A stretch of 64,000 bases of DNA from a virus, in the IMG/VR virus record IMGVR_UViG_3300017971_000207, positions 1 through 64,000 of that record; one strand, 5' to 3'. The notes beneath the pieces were generated by a model, which did no database searches, had not been told where the DNA came from, and worked only from the letters and a program-made list of their open reading frames with translations. Each line of letters opens with the position of its first letter. Within the stretch, counting starts at the first letter, position 1. Both the position numbers and the translations under genes were made by a program. Shown in pieces: positions 55,401 to 62,220 of this stretch.

Positions 55401-56987
55401 ATAGTCCTCCTTCCCCGTCAGCTCGTTCTGGTCCTTGTGCAGCTGCGTCAGAAAGTCCTTACCCGCCTTCGACATATTGGCGGCGACCGTCGCAAAGTCC
55501 TTCGCCTCATACGCCGACTGAAGCTCCGCCTCGACCTTCCATGCCGTCGCCTGAGCCAAGCTGTCCGACCAGGCAGACTTGAACGGAGTCTCAATCCCAC
55601 TGAGGAGCGCCATCAGCTCGGAGCCCTGCTCCACCGCCTTAGCCCAATCCCCCGCACTCAGAGCGTTTCGGAACGCTAACGCCTTCTCCTGGACCTCCGC
55701 CGGGAGCTCGTCAAACGCTGCCTTCTTCTCCTTGACCAACGACAACCGCTGCTGCGCGGTTTCGATCTTCTCCGAGTCCCCCATCAGCACCCTATACTTG
55801 AGAAGAAGATCAAATAGCCGGACAGCCTTGTCGAAGTTCAAGGCTCGCTCCGCCCGCGCAGCCACCTTAAACACGTTCCCAGCCATGGCCCCCGTCCAGC
55901 CGACCAACGTATTGCTAAGAAGAGTATAGTCGTCGGAGCTGAGCGCCTTCTTAATCGCTTGTACTGATATGGGGACGTGACCAGCCGCAGAGGCCGCCTT
56001 AGCCTTCAGCCCCCACTCCTCACCCTTGTCGGGCTCCCCTCGGATGTTGTAGATGCCCTGGAGAATCGTGGCCAGGAACGCGGCCTTCCCCCACTGGTTG
56101 AGCCCGGTAAAAGTCTCGTAGTCGGCCTCTAGGGAGGCCAACATGGTAGCTGTGAGCGCTGCCGCCTGCGCCTTGATGGCCAGATAGTCCCCGGCGGCCT
56201 GAGCCGAGAAGAAGTCGTCCGGGTCCATCATAGGCGGCACATCAGACTCATCCACCACCTTCTGCCACTTAGCGGCTTGGTCCCCCTGACCGCGCGCATT
56301 GTAGATGTCCGCCAATATCGCAGCGATGTAAATGGCCTGCGGCATCTTGCTGGCCAGCAGCTTGTCGTTGTAGTCCGCCTCGATGCCTTGCAAGATCGCT
56401 GGGACCAGCTCCGAGGCCATTGCGACCAGCGCCTTGTAGTCCTTGTTGGCCAGGGCCTCGGCCTGCGCCTCGGGAGGCTCCGGCTCGGGGGGCTCCGGCT
56501 TCTTAGGAAGACCCACAATACCGACCGGCTCGGGGAAGGTGGTGGGCAACGGCTCGCCAGCGGCGAGCGCCTTGGAGAAAGTGTCCTGCGGTACGACCCC
56601 CGCAGCCTTAGCCTGCTTCACCTTCCAGGCCAGATAACCCTTTTTCATCCACTGGGTCATCTGAGGAACCTCCTCGGCTCCCTCCACAGGCTTGATGTCC
56701 GCCACGGCGCCCGAGAACGCCGCAGGGTCTCCGATATCGCCGACCGGTGGGAACTCCTCAGCTCCTGGTGGAGGATCAATGAGGTGTGGTGCGTGCTGCT
56801 TCTTGGATAGGTGCTGTGCCTTAATCGTGGCTACGAAGGGGTCCTTACCTGGCGGCTGCTTCCAGACGTAAACCTTTTCTCCCTTGACACCGATGACCTT
56901 CACCTCCTGCACAATGCTGGAGGTATCAAGCAACGCTCCCTGCTGCTCCCAAAGGGCAGCACCCGCTGGACGACCCTGACGAGACAT
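49416..56987 (-). CDS. Giant multidomain protein: helical repeats, PI3/4-kinase/HipA-like kinase, LysM, ART-like C-terminus
   Basis: LGGAGEK...WMFKP...DWLMSQNDNHGGQF...GVDKEQ; VARQHNTT...DLEVGDKLKVP; SILTAGIISANQR...ESAVRYGIP. Confidence 0.7.
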   Translation of the reverse strand: MSRQGRPAGAALWEQQGALLDTSSIVQEVKVIGVKGEKVYVWKQPPGKDPFVATIKAQHLSKKQHAPHLIDPPPGAEEFPPVGDIGDPAAFSGAVADIKPVEGAEEVPQMTQWMKKGYLAWKVKQAKAAGVVPQDTFSKALAAGEPLPTTFPEPVGIVGLPKKPEPPEPEPPEAQAEALANKDYKALVAMASELVPAILQGIEADYNDKLLASKMPQAIYIAAILADIYNARGQGDQAAKWQKVVDESDVPPMMDPDDFFSAQAAGDYLAIKAQAAALTATMLASLEADYETFTGLNQWGKAAFLATILQGIYNIRGEPDKGEEWGLKAKAASAAGHVPISVQAIKKALSSDDYTLLSNTLVGWTGAMAGNVFKVAARAERALNFDKAVRLFDLLLKYRVLMGDSEKIETAQQRLSLVKEKKAAFDELPAEVQEKALAFRNALSAGDWAKAVEQGSELMALLSGIETPFKSAWSDSLAQATAWKVEAELQSAYEAKDFATVAANMSKAGKDFLTQLHKDQNELTGKEDYEGAIQVLQLLKDYYATQPGQQWVGAFGFKIMMHKKAIEKAAEKAAIEQQEAAFTGALAAGKPEDIDAGKVTSDQFNKLMDLLVASDSKGEWEQCSKLAHLIAGYYAQVVDDGKKSAAWFKEADVYAAKADMSAPAFQELQAEQSAFAAALQGGDLAKALDLALKISDGFGAIGDEACGMWKEVAEDIKATAQVKAAALEEPGGEAYTKEEINDLVQDFTEALTPAQKAEIASEIAKGWASQGQSFSALNWQAVAAVEQEKAEEAAKAAVPSDADVLGLIAEFDELQLTADKAAAAQKAQAIADACEAQGAKATAAVWQAESDKLQFDANNAAAVAAMPAPKVLSVDEASAALAGGKLDVLQEAATSGGLLDESCIAVTQAYYEAKASTGWADMVKLAAVAEAYHKAKGNDAHEEYWQQAKNNAEQALAAGDLFNVAMEATQKGDTEGLYAKASAGNLNAFELGGLTTALTQLKKDKQHVKAAQALAVVAKYHDQIGSPDAADWKSQQQEEVNAALKTVLTYSEANPEDLLPLAPYLSASNWADIKDALVVAEDEESWLKYAGLLKVIIASYKAQGNAAATTMYEDDLADVQTKLGMLTTGAELTDPPEPEPLDPVAPAPAPAPQSDIDKLLADINLGPLYTKVSEQCKAGSLEGGQAAQIDAALLASSAEAMNERALLSYLLYLHWRAVEPGGSKEKGADTNVQWYLNEAYNCYPAAVHGSELATLMMNFHTSMVNTKIGDALAAAGAIYFAYEMNGEDKTASDWCMRQAEILGIVGTSGEPVSDEDVEAAIASESYAGLLLGASKLTADQADKVKAAYDVLKGLAKWGPASVAAQVYAAYAIHAEEDKTLAHAWSGKANEVMKAKVTGALAPAPSPPAAAPEPAPAPATPTVEEMEAKGLFVMPWTPKPPKSKPVPSKSNTEADQAAQGLAVNEFVHPLTSEVFQVIGLGPTQYVDSNDGAIYDTADPTKPAKVKLHIVSTGNYKDVTDEAGEEVPVSAPPPGPTATYPLPEVLPEPGPSTALPPVSLSAEEVVLAMPKLPQLPKKKDLDEGKSAKSILGGAGEKYIYTDKKTGKRWMFKPAITKGWNKEIKPFAAAAQQIFYEVAKTVNPDAIPVGVIKLRGHVGTLQPLVELDSTNPTLEQQYKHPATELSAADRSYLVQEQVVDWLMSQNDNHGGQFIRLADGTVQGVDKEQCYLFLGKDELTGKYDPNNVGSVYNKLWVGWRNNDFDLDLSRIEKTVMKLQAIPTAKFIKMLRPYAESYWPGKPAEQRKFLQRARRRKLDLRRDFETFITLMYRERTGKKDTGQFTFAGGWQVPDEPVEGPSVIEKTFSSSEYLTKQGSDLGVTVKTKQHNTEPSKLLLCITNDAPDPKQRLKDICTELGISYDTAHGLVTGSYYTHVLIDKAAFEGASVKMDVPVEPFNVTSPVGPTPPVPLYFPDDIAHPPARANAADLAEVHKMNLGRSGVRFESDGAAVEGNNLTVRKWKDTQGLYYEFALKLRPNVWGELLTGHGGTDGSFRLSAAPTPPNNFDDSLDAFVATGQHHSQPITTVYWSDQGSELHIAKADRIKEKNHKVKASDFGREGTDIINAGVWGAPKVSLTAWQYVARQHNTTEQALRLRNNRPTGDLEVGDKLKVPGYWMKQGCYAWQGGVWARVRPKAGETPHEALKRLLEAVKPGLSGELLRNATPEEKEYRKLMQVLWSVAPQTADALSDSYYGATMPKELKTPAKIKEFIAASGVDVNLNEVVEEEVFPGYTCFVDKGRYKRLYEQGYRFAVQGINYEFVHSILTAGIISANQRATQGIGRVGATSENDDTKTGGADQALNYIVTKKKLSSNAGSGAGMPWASRGGAQALIHPREIGRLDYYFLIGDDFGITAPQRSGPKDGMYWRERLNIEGAINDLETSAQNKTTESAVRYGIPVRSILRITCSGTVTDISDPYHGKTYRQVIIEKCRAAGINVCNGVPIEDFVVEERNLGEMYRKYVEPLLME

Positions 56988-57071
56988 ATGCTGGCTCTTA
57001 TCCTTCTGGTGGCGTTAATCTGCGCTCCCCCTGGCGGCGGGGGTGCCCTCCTACTTCTACCATAGATCTAG

Positions 57072-57911
57072 CTAAAGCGCGTCCCTCTCCGCCTCTAGCT
57101 CCTCCTGATCAACACGCTCCGCAGCCTCCAGCCACTGCTCCGTCACCTCTGCAATGACCTCGTTGACGTCACGACCCCAGCTACGGCAAACCTCCAACAC
57201 ACGGTTAACCACCTTTTTGGTACGCTTGCTCATGGCTATATAGACGTGCTCCTTGCCGCCAAAATCGAAGACCATGAACGAGTATTCTAAGGTGTCGCCG
57301 TATTGATTGAACAGGTGGTTGAGCACGCGCCCAAGGTCACTAACCGACTTGGCCTCCTTGGTGGCATTCTGGAGCTTGTCCTGGGCCTCCTTGGGCATCC
57401 CTGCCGCCTTCATACCCTTCTGCACCTGCTTGATCATCTTCTGCCAGCCGGCCTTGTCCGCAAAGGCGAACATTCGCCGCATAGCTTTCTCCCCGTACTT
57501 TGCGGCCATCTCCCGGTGGAGCGCGACCATCTTCTCGGGATTAAGGCGACCGTGAAGCGCGTTCAGACGCACCGTCACGAACTTTTGAAGATCCGGCTCC
57601 TGCCACTTCTCGTCCGAGAGGACCACACACGGTACACGCTCCATCCCAAGCGTCTTAGCCGCCTGCCACCGATGGGCTCCACCGATGATACGATAGGACC
57701 CATCCACCAGCGGGACCACCTGCAAAGGAGCGATGAAGCCTACCTCCGTGATCTCGTTAAGGAGCATCTCGAACTCCTCAGAGTTCATCTCATTCGGGTT
57801 AAATGCCGTCGGCTCAATGTCATCGACCCGTATCTGCTTCACCTCCGGAACACTGACCCCACCTTCAATCATGACAGCCCCGAGGTTAAGGTCTCCGATA
57901 GCGTGTCGCAC
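57072..57911 (-). CDS. ParB/Srx N-terminal domain protein
   Basis: FNPNEM...VGFIAPLQV...IIGGAHRWQAAKTLG. Confidence 0.85.
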   Translation of the reverse strand: MRHAIGDLNLGAVMIEGGVSVPEVKQIRVDDIEPTAFNPNEMNSEEFEMLLNEITEVGFIAPLQVVPLVDGSYRIIGGAHRWQAAKTLGMERVPCVVLSDEKWQEPDLQKFVTVRLNALHGRLNPEKMVALHREMAAKYGEKAMRRMFAFADKAGWQKMIKQVQKGMKAAGMPKEAQDKLQNATKEAKSVSDLGRVLNHLFNQYGDTLEYSFMVFDFGGKEHVYIAMSKRTKKVVNRVLEVCRSWGRDVNEVIAEVTEQWLEAAERVDQEELEAERDAL

Positions 57912-58090
57912 TTACCCGCGACCACCCGCAGCTCCCCAATCAGCTGCACCAAAAACAGGTTCAAAGCCTGCGGGTCTGTTGCCGGAATCGTTACCCCCGG
58001 CACCTCGTCCATCTTCTTCTGCCACTTCTGGAGCACCGCAACAGCGGTCTCCAGCTCGTTATGGATCACCTCTGGTGAGACTGGTAGCAT
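57869..58090 (-). CDS. Small hypothetical protein
   Basis: TGATG coupling with the upstream gene. Confidence 0.5.
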   Translation of the reverse strand: MLPVSPEVIHNELETAVAVLQKWQKKMDEVPGVTIPATDPQALNLFLVQLIGELRVVAGKCDTLSETLTSGLS

Positions 58091-59016
58091 CAGCCCTTCT
58101 CCCCTTCTGATAGCAGCTTCAGAGCCCTAAAGCCGTACACGACCTTGTTCCTCTTCGGGTCGATTGCAACCAAACGCATGTTTAGCAACCTCTCCAGCTT
58201 GTTCAGGTAGGAGACCTTGGCTTTGGGGTCTCCCGCCTTCCCCCAATCGTTGCACGCTATGAAGTCCATGCAGATAAGCCCGAGCCGCGACGACTTACTG
58301 CGCTCCATCCCCCCGAGCTCTCCAGCCCGCTCCAAAGCCGCCAGCACGAGGTCGATGTTCTCGTCCATGCAGGTGAACGTGAACACCTTCGTACGCTCAG
58401 GCTTAGGTAGCGCGGCCGCTGCATCCGTCACCTTGATCGTACCACACCCTAGAAACTTCTCCCGCTCCGCCTCGTTGGCCTCGGCATCCTCGTCCTGCAC
58501 TACATCCTCCCCAACATCATCCACGACCTCGCCGTCTGCCTCACCCATGCGGTCAAGTGCCCGCCCGACAGCGCGCTCCACCAGCAGGTGGTTGTGGGTC
58601 TCCGAGTAATCGACCCACTCCTCTACGGTTCGACGATCATGCTTGTTAGCAAATATTCGGGCCAGCTCCCTGACCTTGGTCCAGCCGAGATTGATGAGGC
58701 GGTCCCGAAGGTCTACGTCCAGCCCGGCCAGCTCTACCTCTAGCATACGTCCGATAACGCGCAGACGCTGCGCTCGCCGGACATGCATCCCAAGGTCGAT
58801 GGTCACGAAGTCGTTGAAGCTGGTATAGCCCCAACGCGTGTACGTAGGGGCGCGCCGCGGGTCGTCGTTGACGGGTATCTGATCAAACCAATACAGCAGC
58901 CGCGCCATCTCCACGTAGCCAGTATCCAGCTGCCGCGCGAGATGCTTGGCCCGCTTCCGCTTACCTTCTGCCCAGTGTAACGACCCTACCGCAATGCTCT
59001 CTGCTGCCTCTGCCAT
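58090..59016 (-). CDS. Hypothetical DNA-binding protein
   Basis: AAGGAG SD before MAEAAES; WGYTSFNDFV...LGWTKVRELA pattern. Confidence 0.55.
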   Translation of the reverse strand: MAEAAESIAVGSLHWAEGKRKRAKHLARQLDTGYVEMARLLYWFDQIPVNDDPRRAPTYTRWGYTSFNDFVTIDLGMHVRRAQRLRVIGRMLEVELAGLDVDLRDRLINLGWTKVRELARIFANKHDRRTVEEWVDYSETHNHLLVERAVGRALDRMGEADGEVVDDVGEDVVQDEDAEANEAEREKFLGCGTIKVTDAAAALPKPERTKVFTFTCMDENIDLVLAALERAGELGGMERSKSSRLGLICMDFIACNDWGKAGDPKAKVSYLNKLERLLNMRLVAIDPKRNKVVYGFRALKLLSEGEKG

Positions 59017-59027
59017 AGCTCGCTCCT

Positions 59028-59321
59028 TTACTTGGGAAAGTCCAGGCGTCTGGCCCGGACCTCCGTCAGCTCCCCCATCTGTCCGTCCCGATTCATAAGC
59101 TCCCCCTCCACCATCACCGTCACCCCGCGCCCGAGACGCTGACGACAAAGGTCGACCAGCCCCTGGCCATACGCGTTAACCTTCACCCAGACAGTGATGG
59201 TCCGATCGCGCGCGACGCGGTCCGCCGCCATCTGAAAGGTGCAGACCGGAGCCCCGTTCCCGGTCTGAGCGTACTCGATCTTTGAGCTTGCGTTGCCGCT
59301 GAGAAAAACGAAGTTAGCCAC
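59028..59321 (-). CDS. ssb: Single-stranded DNA-binding protein (no acidic tail)
   Basis: NFVFLSGN...GVTVMVEGEL OB-fold motifs. Confidence 0.85.
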   Translation of the reverse strand: MANFVFLSGNASSKIEYAQTGNGAPVCTFQMAADRVARDRTITVWVKVNAYGQGLVDLCRQRLGRGVTVMVEGELMNRDGQMGELTEVRARRLDFPK

Positions 59322-59867
59322 TTACATCCTCCGAGCCATGTGCAGCACCTCGCTACCGAGGCACGCGACCACGGCCCCCACCGCATCATAGGCATGCTCG
59401 TGGAAGGTACGTGGCACCCCTCGTTTTATCAGCTCCGCCGCAAAATCGCGACCAAAGCGCCGGTCCAGGGCCGCCGCTACATCCCCCTTACTGGCGCTAG
59501 AGCGCCCGCTAACGGCCTTTTTCAGCTCTTGGGGGGTCACCATAACCGTCGGGGTCCGGGCGGCCTCTACGATGCTCACCAAGGCTCCGTAGGCCAGCCC
59601 CATCTTGAAGGTGGTCGAGGCATTGCGCGGCAGGCTCGGAGCCTCAACACAGACAACCTGGACGCCGTCCACAAGCGGGAGCAGGGCGCCCGAAAGCTCT
59701 CGGGCGCGTCGCCAGCTGTCATCTGTCGCACGTACCCCCCGCTTGGCCGCAGATGCCTGCGTCCGAAGAACCCCGAGCGTGTGGACCGTCTCGCCGTCCA
59801 GAGCTATATCAACGACCGCATAGCCGAAGGACGCAAAGCCGGGGTCAAGCCCTAGAACCCGTGCCAT
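59322..59867 (-). CDS. ruvC: RuvC-like Holliday junction resolvase
   Basis: VLGLDPG, VCVE, TPQELKKAVSG, ASKGDV and HAYDA motifs. Confidence 0.9.
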   Translation of the reverse strand: MARVLGLDPGFASFGYAVVDIALDGETVHTLGVLRTQASAAKRGVRATDDSWRRARELSGALLPLVDGVQVVCVEAPSLPRNASTTFKMGLAYGALVSIVEAARTPTVMVTPQELKKAVSGRSSASKGDVAAALDRRFGRDFAAELIKRGVPRTFHEHAYDAVGAVVACLGSEVLHMARRM

Positions 59868-60378
59868 CGTCCGGGCCTTCGGTGTCTGGGCGAGCCGCCT
59901 GGCTTACCGCCTCGATCGTATCGTGGACCTGAAACATACGCGACGTTAGAGCTATCGCCCCCAAGATGTCGTTTGCATCCTTGCAAGATAATAGGCGATC
60001 GTCTGGCGTTCGAAGGAAGCGCTCGCCCTTCTCCGCCTCGATGTCGTGTATCAGGAAGGGGAGCTGGTCCCGACGCTTCTGCCCCCACTGCGACTCATAG
60101 AGAAAGCATAGGGAGCAGACGAAAACACACTCATCAGACCCTTGCGGGCCCATCTCCCAGCGCGACTGCATACGGTCACAGTTGACACACGAGGAGTCCC
60201 AGAGGGGCTCCGGCAACGGCCGAAGCATCCGCGTATCGAGCACCATTGGCGCAAGATGCTGCCGCTCATAGCCGGGCGGCGGCTCACTGTAAGGACCACC
60301 CTCCGCAGCATCCGGCGAATCCGCGGCGGAGACCCCAGGCAACGGCACTACATTCGATTCCTCTTTACCCTTACTCAC
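59845..60378 (-). CDS. Hypothetical zinc-binding protein
   Basis: CVNC...CSLC; GGAGG SD. Confidence 0.55.
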   Translation of the reverse strand: MSKGKEESNVVPLPGVSAADSPDAAEGGPYSEPPPGYERQHLAPMVLDTRMLRPLPEPLWDSSCVNCDRMQSRWEMGPQGSDECVFVCSLCFLYESQWGQKRRDQLPFLIHDIEAEKGERFLRTPDDRLLSCKDANDILGAIALTSRMFQVHDTIEAVSQAARPDTEGPDDGTGSRA

Positions 60379-60387
60379 ATCGTCCTC

Positions 60388-60702
60388 CTACTCATCCAGC
60401 AGACGGTCGAGGAGGCGCCTAAGCCAGCCTCGCCTCTTACCCTGCTTTCTCCACACGTCCTCGCGAATCAAGCGAAGCCTCCGGATCGCCAAGTTTAGCA
60501 GACCTCGCGCCTCTGCGGTGGTCATCTCATACCCACACGAGTCACAGCGCCACCAGCTCTTGTCCTCCTGCCACAACAGCAGCTCCTCACAGGCATCACA
60601 CTCAAACAGCGGGACGCGGCTTTCACCCTCAAAAACAACCCGCACCTGCGCGTCGGCGCACAGGCGCAGCTGCGGCCGTATCTGCTCTAGCGCCGGTGTC
60701 AC
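60388..60702 (-). CDS. Zinc-ribbon protein
   Basis: GTG start overlapping the pyrE stop; CDAC...CDSCG. Confidence 0.55.
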   Translation of the reverse strand: MTPALEQIRPQLRLCADAQVRVVFEGESRVPLFECDACEELLLWQEDKSWWRCDSCGYEMTTAEARGLLNLAIRRLRLIREDVWRKQGKRRGWLRRLLDRLLDE

Positions 60703-61508
60703 CGCCGACTCGTCGTCGGGATGAAGTCCTCCCGCGTAAAGATGCTCCGCAGAGGTATGTCCAGCTCCGCCGTGATGCGCGCAAAGCCTCCCTCCTGCCG
60801 ATCTACCAGCACCACAACGCCAACCACCTCCAGCCCCACACCCTCCAAAGCTTTGACGGCCGCAATCGTGGTGGCCCCGGTGGTGACCACGTCCTCCAGC
60901 AGCACTACGGCCGCCGGCGGCCGTACGTCCCCCTCTACTAGCCTCTTCGTGCCATGATCTTTCGTCTGCCGCCGAACGTACAGGATATCGAGCCGTACGG
61001 GCTCCGCCACCAACGACACTGCCCCCGCCAAGGGACACCCACCCAAAGCCGCCCCCGCCACATAGGGAACCATCCCAAAGCTCCGTACCTCGGGCCACAG
61101 GACCCGGCCCGCAAGATAATGGCCGTCGCCCGAGAGCACCGTGCGCGTGCAGTCGATAAAGAAGTCACTCTTGCGCCCCGACGACAGCGTAAACTCCCCT
61201 TTCTTAAACGAGCGCTCACGGAGCAGGCGAAGCAACGCCTCGCGATCTTTCTCCAGGGAGCGCTCCTGGTCACTCACGCGCTGCAAAAGCGCCGCGTGGT
61301 CCACGATGAGCTGCTCAATCACAAATAGCCACTGCTTAGGCACAGTCACGGGGTTCAGCGTGCACCACTGCTGCACCCCCATCGCGTTGCGGCCGTCCTG
61401 CGCCTCCAGAACCAACCCCTCCTTACCCTTCTTACCCGGCACGCTAACCAAGCGTGCCGTGGGCGCCGCCTCCGGCCCTACCGTCCACACGATCTTCGGT
61501 TCGTCCAT
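60699..61508 (-). CDS. pyrE: Orotate phosphoribosyltransferase with N-terminal extension
   Basis: GEFTLSSGRKSDFFID, VRRQTKDHG, PRPP-binding LLEDVVTTG, and VDRQEG. Confidence 0.92.
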   Translation of the reverse strand: MDEPKIVWTVGPEAAPTARLVSVPGKKGKEGLVLEAQDGRNAMGVQQWCTLNPVTVPKQWLFVIEQLIVDHAALLQRVSDQERSLEKDREALLRLLRERSFKKGEFTLSSGRKSDFFIDCTRTVLSGDGHYLAGRVLWPEVRSFGMVPYVAGAALGGCPLAGAVSLVAEPVRLDILYVRRQTKDHGTKRLVEGDVRPPAAVVLLEDVVTTGATTIAAVKALEGVGLEVVGVVVLVDRQEGGFARITAELDIPLRSIFTREDFIPTTSRR

Positions 61509-61509
61509 T

Positions 61510-62220
61510 CTACTCGTCCTCCAGCCTACCGCTACCGCGCAGCAGCCTCACAAACACGTCCATCGGGAGCACCACCAGCTCCACATCGTCCTCCCCACCG
61601 GGGGTCCGAAAGGTGAGTGCCAACGCCGGGGCTACCCCAGCACTCCTCGCCACGACCTCCTCAGCCCACTCCCGCTTTAGCCCGCGAGACCGGTGCCTGG
61701 TCTCCTCGCGGATAGCTGCGGCGCAGTCGCCCAGGCACCCCCCCGCAGCCAGCAGTACGCGCTCATACACATCCTGCGGGAGCACCACCAGCTCCACATC
61801 CTGCTCCCCGACCTTGGCCAGGAAGCGAACCACTACGGCCGGCTGAACCCAACGCGCGCTAGCGCCCTCAACCACCTTCTCGACCCAGGCCCGCTTGAAC
61901 CTGATCGACTGCGCCTCTGTCTCCTTCAGCTCAACCAAAAAGCCTGGGATGCTCACATCTCCGCGAGCTGTTGGGCCCTCTCCCACCAAGCGACGCTGCC
62001 CCGGCGCGAGGCTCACCTGCCGAAGAGACCACGGGCGTCCCCCCGAGGCGGGAAGGCGCCGCCCCCCCAAACGCGCTCCGAGCTCGTGCTCATTCTTGCG
62101 CGAGCGTCGCGTGCGAGCTGCCCGATCACCCCCCGGCCGAACCCATGCAGGCTCAGGACGACAGGGGGCCTCGGCCTCGTCGTCCAACCAAGCTGGAGAA
62201 GGCTTGCGGTGAGAACTCAC
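61510..62220 (-). CDS. PD-(D/E)XK resolvase-like nuclease with duplicated C-terminal module
   Basis: E..LG..LGGRR.PASG...GDV...LVELKET. Confidence 0.7.
   Translation of the reverse strand: MSSHRKPSPAWLDDEAEAPCRPEPAWVRPGGDRAARTRRSRKNEHELGARLGGRRLPASGGRPWSLRQVSLAPGQRRLVGEGPTARGDVSIPGFLVELKETEAQSIRFKRAWVEKVVEGASARWVQPAVVVRFLAKVGEQDVELVVLPQDVYERVLLAAGGCLGDCAAAIREETRHRSRGLKREWAEEVVARSAGVAPALALTFRTPGGEDDVELVVLPMDVFVRLLRGSGRLEDE

Noticed and set aside
56988-57063. Upstream in-frame ATG separated from the giant ORF by one TAA (possible readthrough)
   Set aside because: There is no supporting motif or SD evidence; it could be chance.
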